Below are positions 9,846-20,699 of a stretch of 64,000 nucleotides of DNA, piece by piece. Source of the stretch: Epithemia pelagica (Eukaryota > Protista > Bacillariophyta). A program made the translations under genes and the position numbers. Each line of letters starts with the position of its first letter. Within the stretch, counting starts at the first letter, position 1. The stretch spans positions 4,836,001 through 4,900,000 of the forward strand of contig OX337229.1 in the NCBI GenBank assembly GCA_946965045.2. The letters are read 5' to 3'. The notes below the pieces were generated by a model that ran no database searches, was not told the origin of the DNA, and saw nothing but the letters and a program-made list of their open reading frames with translations.

Positions 9846-12128
9846 CTACACAATATACTTGGTTTCAGGATCTGGGGCCGCATCTTCGAGTGAACTGCTG
9901 TTCCGGAATTTACGGCCCTTTCGGTTGCGTCTGGGAGAAACTGCATCCGCATCATCTTCAATATCACCAGTTTGGAGGAGTGAAACTCGCACAATCTCTT
10001 CTCCTCGTGTAATTCGTCCACTAGGACCGCCCGTGACAAGGAAACTCTGCTGAAAGTACGTATCGACTACTCCCCATGTATCTTCTTCCACTTCTCCCGA
10101 AGGATCTGTTGTACAAATATTATATTCCGTCCGTGCTTGAATAGCAATACGAACTGCGGATGTCGTTTGGAGAGCCATGGCGGCAATACGCTCCTTCACG
10201 GATCCAATGTTGAGACCTAGACTCTTGGCGTGGGCCGCAGTGGCTTGTTCCGCCAGAGTCTTGCTGTCTCCGGGGCCCCACGGTTCTTCTTCCTCCCGAC
10301 TCGCCGACGATTTTCGTCTCATATAGAAACGACTCTGGGATTCTCCTCGGTTCGATCTGGCCTCGCGCTCCAACACATACAACCATTCCACGAGGCGACC
10401 TTCACTTTCTACCCGAAGAATGTGCTCCTTTCCATCCTTGGTGGCAATGGTCAGGACAAAATATGTCTCGGTACTACGTTTGCGCACAACGCTAATCGCA
10501 GCATCGGTCAAAAGAATGACTCCACGTAAACCGTGCGGGCGTGGCAATGCTCCATCGTAGTAACTCAAGGTCTTCTCGGACAAGACAAAAAAGTATCCTT
10601 TCCATGCACGTTGGAGTTTGGTCCGCTTCTTCATCCATCCTGTCTTGGACTTGACTCTTCCCTCTCCTTGCTGCTTCCCACTCGGCTTTTCTTCTGTGAC
10701 AAGAAGGGCAACAGGTTCGGCTTCTCTGGCACTAGGCGTCACGACGACAAGTTCCGAATTGTTGCAGAGCGTCGATATACAAAAGTACGAATCTCCACCA
10801 CTGCGTGTCCGATTACCGGCCAAAAGAATATCTCGTGCATACGCCAACGCTTGAGATTCCATCATATCCGACTGTCCATCCGTACTCTCTCGAGAAGCGC
10901 GGAGAATTGAATGCGCCACCGCGCCCACGATCGCTTCGGGTCCATGCGATTCGTTGCCATGCCAAACTGTACCATTGATCGAAACGGCATCGCGTTGTAG
11001 ATCACGCCAGAGCTGTTCTACAGACAGATCCACTCCCAATTCTTTAAAGGCTGTCGCCTGTGTGGCACCTCCCCCACCACCACTTCCATTGGGCCCTCCA
11101 GTACCCGCATCTCCGCCATTGGCCATACTGGATAGCAGCGTCTGTTTGGCAATCCATTTGATAGGTACGCGGATGGGGTTGTTTTCGAGTTCTCGAATCG
11201 CCGAAATGTATTCTTGTTTGGTGCCGGCTTGACGGAGGACGTTTTGAATTTTAAGGTACAATCTCAAGTCTTGCTTAAAGGGAGATCGCGGACTGACATG
11301 CCGTATGCGACCACGATGGTCCGTTCGATCATCGTCTGGAGCACCGGAGGTCGTAACGGACCCACCCACGGTTGCCGTGTGAATGGCCTTGAGCCAATTT
11401 TGCCGTTCTTCGCGACTCGCAGCCAGCCACAGTCGTTTGGTTCCACCGGCAGCGATTTCAATGATAGCTCCTCGAGGCGTAAATTTCAAGGCTTTTTTGT
11501 GCAACCGAACGGCTCGACAGGAACAATTGTGGGCCTGAAGCGGAATATTTTTGCGGAGAATCTCACCGTCGTTGATAGCATTTTCATAATAGGAGAACAT
11601 CCCTCGTCTAATTTCGACGTATTTGACTTTCCAAACACCGTTCATCAAGTGCGATGCCTTCTTCAACGGCCCTGATTTCAGTACCATTGGATCCATCATA
11701 CCAAGAGTGGGGGCACGAAGGTCTCGTTCTTTTAACAGTGTCAATGCAGCCCTCAAGAAGATTCTCTGTTCCATGGCAAACTGTAGGGCAGTTTGTTGTT
11801 GCGCGAAAGACTCCAACGGATCATCGTCTGTGTCCTTATCCAGAGCGTCTGGGAAGATAAAATTGGATACCGAGGGCGAATTCTGTGATTGATCCACAGT
11901 ATCGGACGAGTGAATCAAAAAGTTGGCTTCGCCATCACCTACAATTTCATGCAAACTTTGGCAGGAAGTCTCCGCTGCATGAGATTTTCCGGAAGTGTGA
12001 TGGTCCACTTCCGATTCATCCAGCACGGAGGTTGTTGTCGTGTCTCTCGAATCCTCGGAAGAAAGAGCATGGACCATCCGGATGTCTGGAGGTGACGAAG
12101 AAGCGACTGTGGGAAAGGCACAGTCCAT
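9846..12128 (-). CDS. Double PH-domain protein
   Basis: 760 aa; KSGPLKKASHLMNGVWKVKYVEIRRGMFSYY and KTGWMKKRTKLQRAWKGYFFVLSEKTLSYY, each followed by a C-terminal W helix. Confidence 0.8.
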   Translation of the reverse strand: MDCAFPTVASSSPPDIRMVHALSSEDSRDTTTTSVLDESEVDHHTSGKSHAAETSCQSLHEIVGDGEANFLIHSSDTVDQSQNSPSVSNFIFPDALDKDTDDDPLESFAQQQTALQFAMEQRIFLRAALTLLKERDLRAPTLGMMDPMVLKSGPLKKASHLMNGVWKVKYVEIRRGMFSYYENAINDGEILRKNIPLQAHNCSCRAVRLHKKALKFTPRGAIIEIAAGGTKRLWLAASREERQNWLKAIHTATVGGSVTTSGAPDDDRTDHRGRIRHVSPRSPFKQDLRLYLKIQNVLRQAGTKQEYISAIRELENNPIRVPIKWIAKQTLLSSMANGGDAGTGGPNGSGGGGGATQATAFKELGVDLSVEQLWRDLQRDAVSINGTVWHGNESHGPEAIVGAVAHSILRASRESTDGQSDMMESQALAYARDILLAGNRTRSGGDSYFCISTLCNNSELVVVTPSAREAEPVALLVTEEKPSGKQQGEGRVKSKTGWMKKRTKLQRAWKGYFFVLSEKTLSYYDGALPRPHGLRGVILLTDAAISVVRKRSTETYFVLTIATKDGKEHILRVESEGRLVEWLYVLEREARSNRGESQSRFYMRRKSSASREEEEPWGPGDSKTLAEQATAAHAKSLGLNIGSVKERIAAMALQTTSAVRIAIQARTEYNICTTDPSGEVEEDTWGVVDTYFQQSFLVTGGPSGRITRGEEIVRVSLLQTGDIEDDADAVSPRRNRKGRKFRNSSSLEDAAPDPETKYIV

Positions 12129-12666
12129 GGCTTTCTCTCAATTCAGTATCTTGCCAAAAGCGAATCTCACGGGAACAAACCTAATTGAATTTCTAACTTG
12201 TGCTTGACAAGTGACAACGCTTCTCTAGTTCATGGTCAAGTGGAGAAAAAGAAAATGGGGGGGCCCCTACGAGGCGGGCGTCGGAATCAATGCCTCATCC
12301 AAACTTGAGAGGGGGGGGGCCAAATTATTCATCACTGACCACACACAGACACGGGCACGAGCGAGCGACGGTTACGCCCCATCTAAACATCTCTTTGACA
12401 TCTGATTTGAATAAAATTGCTTAAGTATCTTATCGCCAGCCAGATCAGAATGGCTGGCGATTTTTCAGTTGATGTCGGGATCACAAATCAATCCCAACAT
12501 CTCGCGTGAACGCAAAAATGAACACAGCAACAGAGAATCTCTAAATTGGAAGGTTCGATACGTTGTTGGAGTTCGCAAAGCACAACAACTTCTTTCAAGA
12601 AGAATCACTTTCTTTCCAATCGTACTAGGAAGACGTTGTCCATTGGTCAACCAACAGCAGAGGAAA

Positions 12667-13635
12667 ATGGCAGATACCCATCCATCTGAGCCACGAATGA
12701 AATACGTGGGTGTAGGATCGCTGCACAACAGCGAAGAAATCAAGACAGAGGAGAGTGCCGAGAAACTACAGCGAAAACGCGAAGCCGCAAGGATTCGACA
12801 GCAACGATGTCGAGCACGGAAACGAGCAGCGGCAGCCGCATTGGAGTCAAAACTGGACCCAAGAGGAAGAGGTCGACTCCATCACCCTCATCCATGCCAA
12901 GTGAGCGAGGGGCACCCCATACCACTACACGTACCTCGGTCGCATGACACATCACCCATTGCTATCAAGAGAGGACGATCATCCAAACTAATGGTACCAA
13001 CACCCACAGAAAATTGTCCACCTCGGCATGGAGGCATGATTCTTACGACTCCTGTCAATACATCCCATTCGCATTACCGAAAGCCGTTTTCTCCTGTGGA
13101 AAATACAACTCCTCTTCCTCTCCACAGAGGTCATTCTGCTCCACCACCTCCTCAAACCACAGGAGCTCCTCACCACCCGTACTACATGGCCCCGTGGTAT
13201 CATCACCACCACCCAGCTCATACAGGCCATTGGGCAATGCCTCCACCCAATCATCACCACCACCATCCTTATCCACACCCAATGAATGCCTACCCCATGC
13301 CCCATCCGATACCCCCATCGTCGTCCACTCACCATTCGAGTGCTTCGAGCACGGACAGTCCTGTCGAGAAGGAAGCCACTCCCCCTGTCGGTTCGCAATC
13401 TCACAACAGTATGGTGCCCCCAGTCACTGTGAGCTCCACGCCCAAAAGCAGTCCCCTTCATCATTCCTTTTTTCCATTTGCCTCGCCCTTGCTCCCGACT
13501 CCCACCAGCACGGATCGAGTGCTCCTAGGACTTGCACGCAATGTTTCGTCCCTACCTGCTACCACGCCAATAAAACCAAGCAAAGAACTCGAATTGGAAG
13601 TCAACAGATCATTTGGGAGTGATATTTCCACGTAA
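12667..13635 (+). CDS. Low-complexity Pro/His-rich protein with a bZIP-like basic region (putative transcription factor)
   Basis: KLQRKREAARIRQQRCRARKR basic motif; no clear leucine zipper; start taken at ATG 12667 within the 388-aa ORF. Confidence 0.55.
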   Translation: MADTHPSEPRMKYVGVGSLHNSEEIKTEESAEKLQRKREAARIRQQRCRARKRAAAAALESKLDPRGRGRLHHPHPCQVSEGHPIPLHVPRSHDTSPIAIKRGRSSKLMVPTPTENCPPRHGGMILTTPVNTSHSHYRKPFSPVENTTPLPLHRGHSAPPPPQTTGAPHHPYYMAPWYHHHHPAHTGHWAMPPPNHHHHHPYPHPMNAYPMPHPIPPSSSTHHSSASSTDSPVEKEATPPVGSQSHNSMVPPVTVSSTPKSSPLHHSFFPFASPLLPTPTSTDRVLLGLARNVSSLPATTPIKPSKELELEVNRSFGSDIST

Positions 13636-14063
13636 CCATCTGTGGGGAACACACACACATGTCCGAGTGAAACCATGAGAGTTTTTATACCAGGGGCACA
13701 AAAGTCTATCAAAAGTTCGAGTACAAGGGGAACCCCAGCGCAACATGATACTAGAATGTTCTGTGAGACTACGACTACAAGTATTAGATTTCTGTTTTTG
13801 ATGTACCTTAAACTCAGTGGATTGCTAGTCAATGGGCGTACTGCTTCCGACCGCATTTTATTTTCGTTCTCCAGTTTCCTTAACAGCGCAGTACGTGGTA
13901 ATCAAACAAGCACTCGGAAAGTCGAGGGATAATTATCTCTGAAACCCATACACAAGTTCATCTTCGCAAACTCTCGATCTAATTTAAAATTGCTTCTCTC
14001 TTTAGTTTAGGGAGAAGGAGTAGCTGCATCTATGTTACGACGGAGTTGAAGCACGATTTTTTC

Positions 14064-16417
14064 TTAAATCCACATGAGTTCATCTTCATTTCCGTTCGCA
14101 GCGTAAGAAACTTCAATCGCGGCACATTCTTGTAAGACATCCACTTGTCCATCCTTGTCATCGTGCTGCGATGAAGGGAGACCAAACCTGGAGTTGAGCT
14201 CAGCGGCTTCCGCGGCAAAAGCACCCGGGGTGCCAGATCCCTTTCGTCTGTGCCTCGCCAACACCTCTTCCTTCTTCAGTGTCAGGAGAGCCAAAACAGA
14301 TTTCCGGTTGCTATGGCGTAATCGCTTGCTGACATCGGACGGACGGCTGCCTTGATGATTTCGGCACATCACCGTTTCAGGATCAGCTGTCGCCAAGGCG
14401 TCCACAATCTCCAATTCGGTCCCCGAGAAGCACGCTGAGTGTAATGCCACGTTGCCAAGTTCGTCCGTAATGTGGCAAGCGCCTTGGTCCGCAGACAAGA
14501 GAGCCCTGATAACCTTTGTACTTGCATACCAGGTGCAAGCAATATGCAAAGGAAGAGCACCACCAGGCATTGTACGAGTCAAGACTCCAACAGGATGGGC
14601 TGCAATTAACGCTTGCACGACCTCAACTGGTGGTTGTCGCTCACATGCATAATGCAAAGGCGTGAACCCAGCTGAGGCCATAAAGCCACCACGAGTGGTC
14701 ACCTCAAGATCTAGCTCCGCCTGCAATGGATTGATCTCCAATCGCAGTAAAACAGCATCCCATTGCTCATTTTGGATGAGTTTGGACAGTGGAATATCGG
14801 GGTCGTCTCCGATTGGTTGACCGAGACTGTATGTCTTCGGAGAGAGATTCAGCTTGCTCAAGAACCCGTTGAGTTCCTGTTCAATCTTTTGGTCTGACCT
14901 GAATATCGATAAAGAAAAGCGCAAAAATGAGATTGGGTCCGTCGGTCGGTCGCGTTTCATGCTAAGCGAACAGACACTTACTCGTGACCATAATAACTAT
15001 TTCTCTCATCCAGTGTGGTATCTTCATGGGAACCAAGTGATTCATCAATATCAACAGTCGTAGGACCTCTGTTCCGTCTATTACGTCCGCCATCAGAATG
15101 CTCCAAGATATCTGATGGACGACTCCAGTAGCTGGGATGCTTTCGAAGAGCCCGAACCAAAGCTGCTTGATGTGGGCGACCATTTTCACCGGCCATACAG
15201 AGAGCCTCTTCCAATGGGGTTCTCTCCCATCGGTTTCTTCCGACTGTTGCATCAGGATAGCACTTGAGAAGCGAAATCGCAACATTGGGATGAGAAACAC
15301 CCCAGTGAGCGGCCAGATGCAACGGGAGGAATCCATCCTTGTTTCTATGACGAGCAGCAGATGGGTACGAAGTAATCAGAGTCGATATCACACGGGGCGT
15401 AGCCCTGCCGGCACATGCAGTGTGCAACGGCAATCTTCCTCCCTCACTGTCCATTCGGAGGCTTTTAGGATACGCATCAAGCAGGGCATTCATGACTTGT
15501 ACTGCCATTTCTTCTCGTTGCGCAGAAATCACTATAGAGTTTTTGACCGCGACGGACACGAGCTTCTTGCTAGGGTTTGAGTTGCTTCTTGTCAAAGGGG
15601 TGGACGACATCGCGTTCTGCATCATGGGACCACCAGTGTACGCCTCCTGAGCATGAATCTCGGACATATGTGTTTCCGTAGTGGCAGAGGTAGCATCAGA
15701 AGCTACCCGTCGAGAGATCATCGATGGTCGCGCAATACCAGATCCTGTGCGTGGAGTTCCGCTAGATGACGATTGGCCAAACGATCCTGAAGATCCCTGC
15801 GATTGAATAGGAGGACGTTCCATGCTTGATGAGGGTGAACGTCTATGTTTCAGCGAAGGAGGAGGGCCATCCTCTTTGGGTGCACAAGACGCGAACGCAG
15901 CTAGGTGAACCGGCAAACATCCGTGTCGAGTCTCACGCTGACCGGCTGCTTCAGGATATAGTCTGACAAGCAGCAAGATGAATTTGCAGATCTGAATGAA
16001 TGTATCCTCCGACGAGTGAACATCAGATTGCATAGGATAAGACCCCGCACTTCGCAACTTGAAGCATGCGTGATGAAGAGCAAGTCGCTTCGATCCGGAA
16101 AGCTTTGCTTTTCCAGTGGACGAGGAAATTTCCGTTTGAGATTTTGTTCGAATCGTGGCCCAAGTTTTGGAGTCTCTTGGATGGCGCTTTGCTCTGTCCA
16201 TGGCTTTCTCCCACTGGCCGAGTTCCATGAAGTAGAACAACGGCGGCAGTTCCTTGGAGGACCGTTTCGAAGGCCGATGGGTTGGGGAAGGAGAGGAGGA
16301 CGTGCTGTTCACAGGACTTTCAGTACTTTTTTCAGATCTGCTAAGGTCCGACCTACTCGACGTACTGCCCCCTTGCGGGTTGCCACCCGGCGACGGCGGT
16401 TGAATTGACAACATCAT
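14064..16417 (-). CDS. Ankyrin-repeat-like protein, two exons (intron 14899-14981), about 755 aa
   Basis: Repeated LPLHxAC motifs in both ORFs; a GTAAGT...TTCAG intron joins them in frame (H-E|S-D-Q-K). Confidence 0.8.
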
Positions 16418-16871
16418 GACGGATGATGGGGAGAACCGTGACCTGAAGTGAAAATTGGTTCAATCCACCTCCCACCAAATGCGGCCTCCAGAAAATGAAG
16501 GTTCTCCGGTGCTTCCTAGTGATTGCCTTCTTCCAAGCGCTGCTCAATGAAGCAAAGCTCCAACGTATTCAACGCAGGACTACAACAAGAGCAACAACAA
16601 CTGAGCCACAATGGGTTCAGGCGTAAAACGGACTGCCTCGGGCACACCGATTTTGTGTGTGCGGGTTGCGGCGTTTGCTTTTGGCTGTTGTAGCGCAGGG
16701 CCACCCCAACCACGACTTGCGTACAACCCCGTTTCATTCAAGCTTCCGTAATGGGGAGGATTTTCCCGATAGCCAAACCCGAGATCGCATGACACGACCA
16801 CCTGGGAGTAGCCCCGTGGCTCTCAACCAGGACTGGCACGCACGCCGAGCTTACAAGAACCTTCCTTTGAA

Positions 16872-18043
16872 ATGCTGCGCGCATTCAGTCGCCGGATTGT
16901 CGACAAACGAATGCGCAGGAAACACATGAACCAAACTATCGATGCTATGATGGATGATGGTACAAAAAGGGACGGTGAAAACTTAGAGTTGTCATTTGCA
17001 ACAATTGAGCTATTTGCGACGCCATCCTGCCTTAGCACCACACACGACATGATATCAAAGGAAACTCTTGCCGCACAGTATAATGGACTATCTCCTGTCA
17101 AAGATTGACAACGGTCCAAAATGGTTGTGGCTCCTCGAACACCTTGATGCGGCGGCCGATGATCGCAAGATATTTGGAACGATTCCTGCCCGGACGGAGG
17201 TTGTGGCTTGCCATGTTTCCGTTTCTGGCGTTGTATCGAACCGCTCTAGTTGGAAAGACCTATGTTTGCGCTGGAGTATCGGGATCTGGGAAAACCACGG
17301 CCGCTCATTACCTTCTTCATGGTGACTACAGTCTGCGATCGCAGAGGGGCCTGATGATTCGAGCACACGCGTACCCCAACTTGGAAGAGGATTTTGCCCA
17401 ATTTTTGGACGCCCAAGGCGCTGCTCCCTTACTTCACCTAATCTTGGTGAGGGCATTGACACCTAGAGATGGAAGGGAGCCGACTGTCCTGCCACGTGGA
17501 TTTGGATCTGCCATGGATCTAGTAACGTCGAAGTTCCGTTCGGCTATCAAAAGCTGCGGGGTCGTCTCTTTTGAGACAGATATGGTGCACATGAATCACG
17601 GGAGAGCCACGCGTATTAAAAATCGCCCCAACTGCACTGCCCTACCCGTCCTCATTATTGATGGACTCGTCAAGAGTGATGCCAACAAAAATTTCGTCAA
17701 CAAGCTGTACAACGAGGCCTTCTCGGCAGCGATAATGGTGTTGATTCTCGTCAAGGAGCCTGACTGGGCGACAGAAATCATCGGCATAAATGGTGGGGTT
17801 CACATTCTGCCGGTGGATGGGGTCATTTCCAATCCTCGGATATCCGTCGGATTGTCGTTCACTGACGCTCCCCTCTGGACCATGATGAGATGGAAAGTGG
17901 AAGACCTCAGGAACTTTGCCAATCTTGTCGGTATCCGCGGTGTGCAAATAAGAGAGGACATGACTCCTCAACAACTTTTAGATCTCCAGAATGATGCTAT
18001 CCGTGAGCAGGACGGTGACGGCAGTATTCTCTATGGAGTATGA
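16872..18043 (+). pseudogene. P-loop NTPase (AAA-like) gene with a frameshifted 5' part
   Basis: Walker A GVSGSGKT and Walker B-like VLIIDG in 17105-18043; the upstream coding-like sequence is spread over three frames (16872, 17068, 17105). Confidence 0.5.
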
Positions 18044-18788
18044 TGAACCTTATGAGCCACCAATTGTTTCAAAAACCCAAACCAGATGGAGTTATAAAAA
18101 GAGAGATTCGTATAAGCTGGTCCTCCCTTCTGGTCATTGCTGGCTTGGGAATGCAAGTCTAAACAACGATTAACATAATTATTTTCATCGCAGCATTGAC
18201 TGCTATTATTTACTCTGTCATTCTTTCTGCCCGGGCAGTTCGGCAGCAAGTTATTTGTAACTACAATATGCGTATGAGGCTTGGTCTATCAATACGGCTT
18301 TGTAACTGCCTAGCCTGTCGTGTGACCTCCTGCATGAGACTCTCCGGAACAATAGACCAACCTTCTTCCGCCAACACCTTGACAATAAAGTCAAACTGAT
18401 CATTTTTCTTGGCGCGAGGGTCATCTTGTAACGGTCGAGGTTCAACAACTCACGCTGCAGCTCCAGGAAACACTTTTCCTTTTTCTTGCCTTGATCAAAC
18501 GAGTAGATGAACCGACCTAAACAGGTGGAAGCCAACCTCTAACTGAGAAGCATGATGATTGGCAGACTAGCCCTTGCGTCGAGTAGTACAGCCATAATAG
18601 GGTCACGGAAAATGGGGAATCGAAATCCGACCAATTAGCGACCAGATGACTTCATCGAAGATATACGAGCAACGGGCACTGTTACCCAACAAATAGCCCC
18701 AAGAGACATATTGACTCACGGGGTCAATATGCACTATACAAATTGACCCACCCTGGGGCGTTGGTCAATCCGTTCCCACAAATCACAA

Positions 18789-20699
18789 ATGACTTTAATA
18801 CTCCTCTTTCGCATTATACTCCCTATCTATCCGTCCATTTTTTGGACTCACATCGCACCTCCATTGCTTTTAGGAAATCATCCCAACACGACAAACACGA
18901 TGACGACAATCAGAGTCAACCGTATTGCCAAACATAAGACAACCGGCGTTACATCTAACCGCCCACCTGGTGTCATTCATGTTCTTCGATCATTTCCTAA
19001 CGCAACGAAGCATCAACTTGGATGTTTCGATACCCCAAACTTCAAATTGCTTCTGACTGAGATGTACTCCTTGTGCATCCCCCCTACGTACCAAGAAGAT
19101 TTCATACGCCATTCAATGCGTTCTATTACTTCTATCTTTCCGTTGCCCATCGATACATCGGTTCCCGATATTCCCGTTCTTACAAGATGTATCATTGATG
19201 GGTTTCGTGCTCTCCAAGCACAACATGCTTCTTGTCTTCAAGAAGCTAATTTGATTGTAAGAGACGCAGTACCAAAGCAATTAACACAAGAACTACATGG
19301 ATGTTACTTGGTTGACTGTATCTTGTCCCGGACTCACAAGAAGCCAAGAATTTCAAACGAATCACGTTATTACGAAACAATCTACCAAACGCGTACATCC
19401 CGTTCGCTTTGCAACGATGAGAACGATGCGATTTTCCGTACGGTCATACTAATTTCCCCCTACTCTGCTTGCTTTTGGACAACGGCCTTTGTTGCCGACA
19501 GCTTCATCCCTACTGGTGACGTTTCCTTTGGAATTGGGTCGTCTATCACCAAGTCTCCCATGGCTTCTTTGCCTACCTCTTGGTTGCGACTTGTACAGAA
19601 AACAGGTTTGCCTGCACGGGGTGGCTTCATAAAAAAAATCAACCATGTTTGGTCGATTGACTTTTTACCAAGAAAAGCTTCTTTGCCTCGTGTCTATCAC
19701 TGTCTACATTTCAACGACGATGATCCGGATTCTCCACTCTTACCACCCGATCAAATTGGGTCCAACATATCCACTAAGGATTTACAAGCACAGCGTTCCT
19801 TGTACCGGTCCCTTTTTGACTCATCTCCTTCCAATAAGGTTGGTTGTCGACGGTATGTTTCAGGTGCGCTCTACCAAAACATTCCTCCTTCAGCTTACAT
19901 CTACGATCCATCTACAGCTGGCAATAATGCCTGTTTTCAAGCGTCCATCCTTGACGGAAATAAGCGTCCGATTTCCCAATCAAACATTGTGGTATGCTTA
20001 ATTCCACAGGAACACCAGTTATACAAGACTTTAAATGTGGCGTCTCGGTTATACACATCATCCAAAAGTTTCTCTAAAGGAGGAAATTGTCGACAAAAGA
20101 CTGGTGACAATGGTGTTATGAGCGCTTATGGACAAATGTTACATCGTTTTAAGAGACGCATCAACAGCATTTCCTTCCATGACAGCGATGGTCTTTTGAT
20201 TGAGAGAGTTCGAGAAACGTGTCATTTGGCAGCGGAATTCATATCAAATAATTTTCCTGGAACACTTTCCTTGTTGAAAAGTTTACGGACCATTGGAGGG
20301 CTCCAAATCCCAGACGACTTGGGTGGTGACGCCAACGGTTGCAGCAGTAACATTGCCATCAGTGTCGATCTTATGAACTCTTCACACATTGACATCAACG
20401 ATGCTAGTGTTGGAGTTGTTCTATTTTCAGAGACAGAGCTTGGATCTGCACGCAATTGGTACTTTGTCATGCCCAATGTTTTGATAAAAATTGACTCGAC
20501 AACTTACTCAGGTTTGGTAATTCGACTCTCCCACGGAGTTTCTATACTATTTGATGGACATGTTATCCGTCATTGCACAAGTGTTCATAAATGTGTCCGT
20601 TCCGCAGAGTCCCTTACGAGTGCCAAACGGGGACCCCACACTGTTGGCTGGTTTTTTGGGCTGTCCCTACCTGCCTTGACTCAAACCCCTGGAAGTTGA
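18789..20699 (+). CDS. TET/JBP-family 2OG-Fe(II) dioxygenase carried inside the transposon
   Basis: Intact 636-aa ORF. NSSHIDIND (HxD, His codon 20385), WYFVMPN, LVIRLSHGVSILFDG and IRHCTS (distal His, codon 20571) match the TET/JBP double-stranded beta-helix pattern. Confidence 0.78.
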   Translation: MTLILLFRIILPIYPSIFWTHIAPPLLLGNHPNTTNTMTTIRVNRIAKHKTTGVTSNRPPGVIHVLRSFPNATKHQLGCFDTPNFKLLLTEMYSLCIPPTYQEDFIRHSMRSITSIFPLPIDTSVPDIPVLTRCIIDGFRALQAQHASCLQEANLIVRDAVPKQLTQELHGCYLVDCILSRTHKKPRISNESRYYETIYQTRTSRSLCNDENDAIFRTVILISPYSACFWTTAFVADSFIPTGDVSFGIGSSITKSPMASLPTSWLRLVQKTGLPARGGFIKKINHVWSIDFLPRKASLPRVYHCLHFNDDDPDSPLLPPDQIGSNISTKDLQAQRSLYRSLFDSSPSNKVGCRRYVSGALYQNIPPSAYIYDPSTAGNNACFQASILDGNKRPISQSNIVVCLIPQEHQLYKTLNVASRLYTSSKSFSKGGNCRQKTGDNGVMSAYGQMLHRFKRRINSISFHDSDGLLIERVRETCHLAAEFISNNFPGTLSLLKSLRTIGGLQIPDDLGGDANGCSSNIAISVDLMNSSHIDINDASVGVVLFSETELGSARNWYFVMPNVLIKIDSTTYSGLVIRLSHGVSILFDGHVIRHCTSVHKCVRSAESLTSAKRGPHTVGWFFGLSLPALTQTPGS

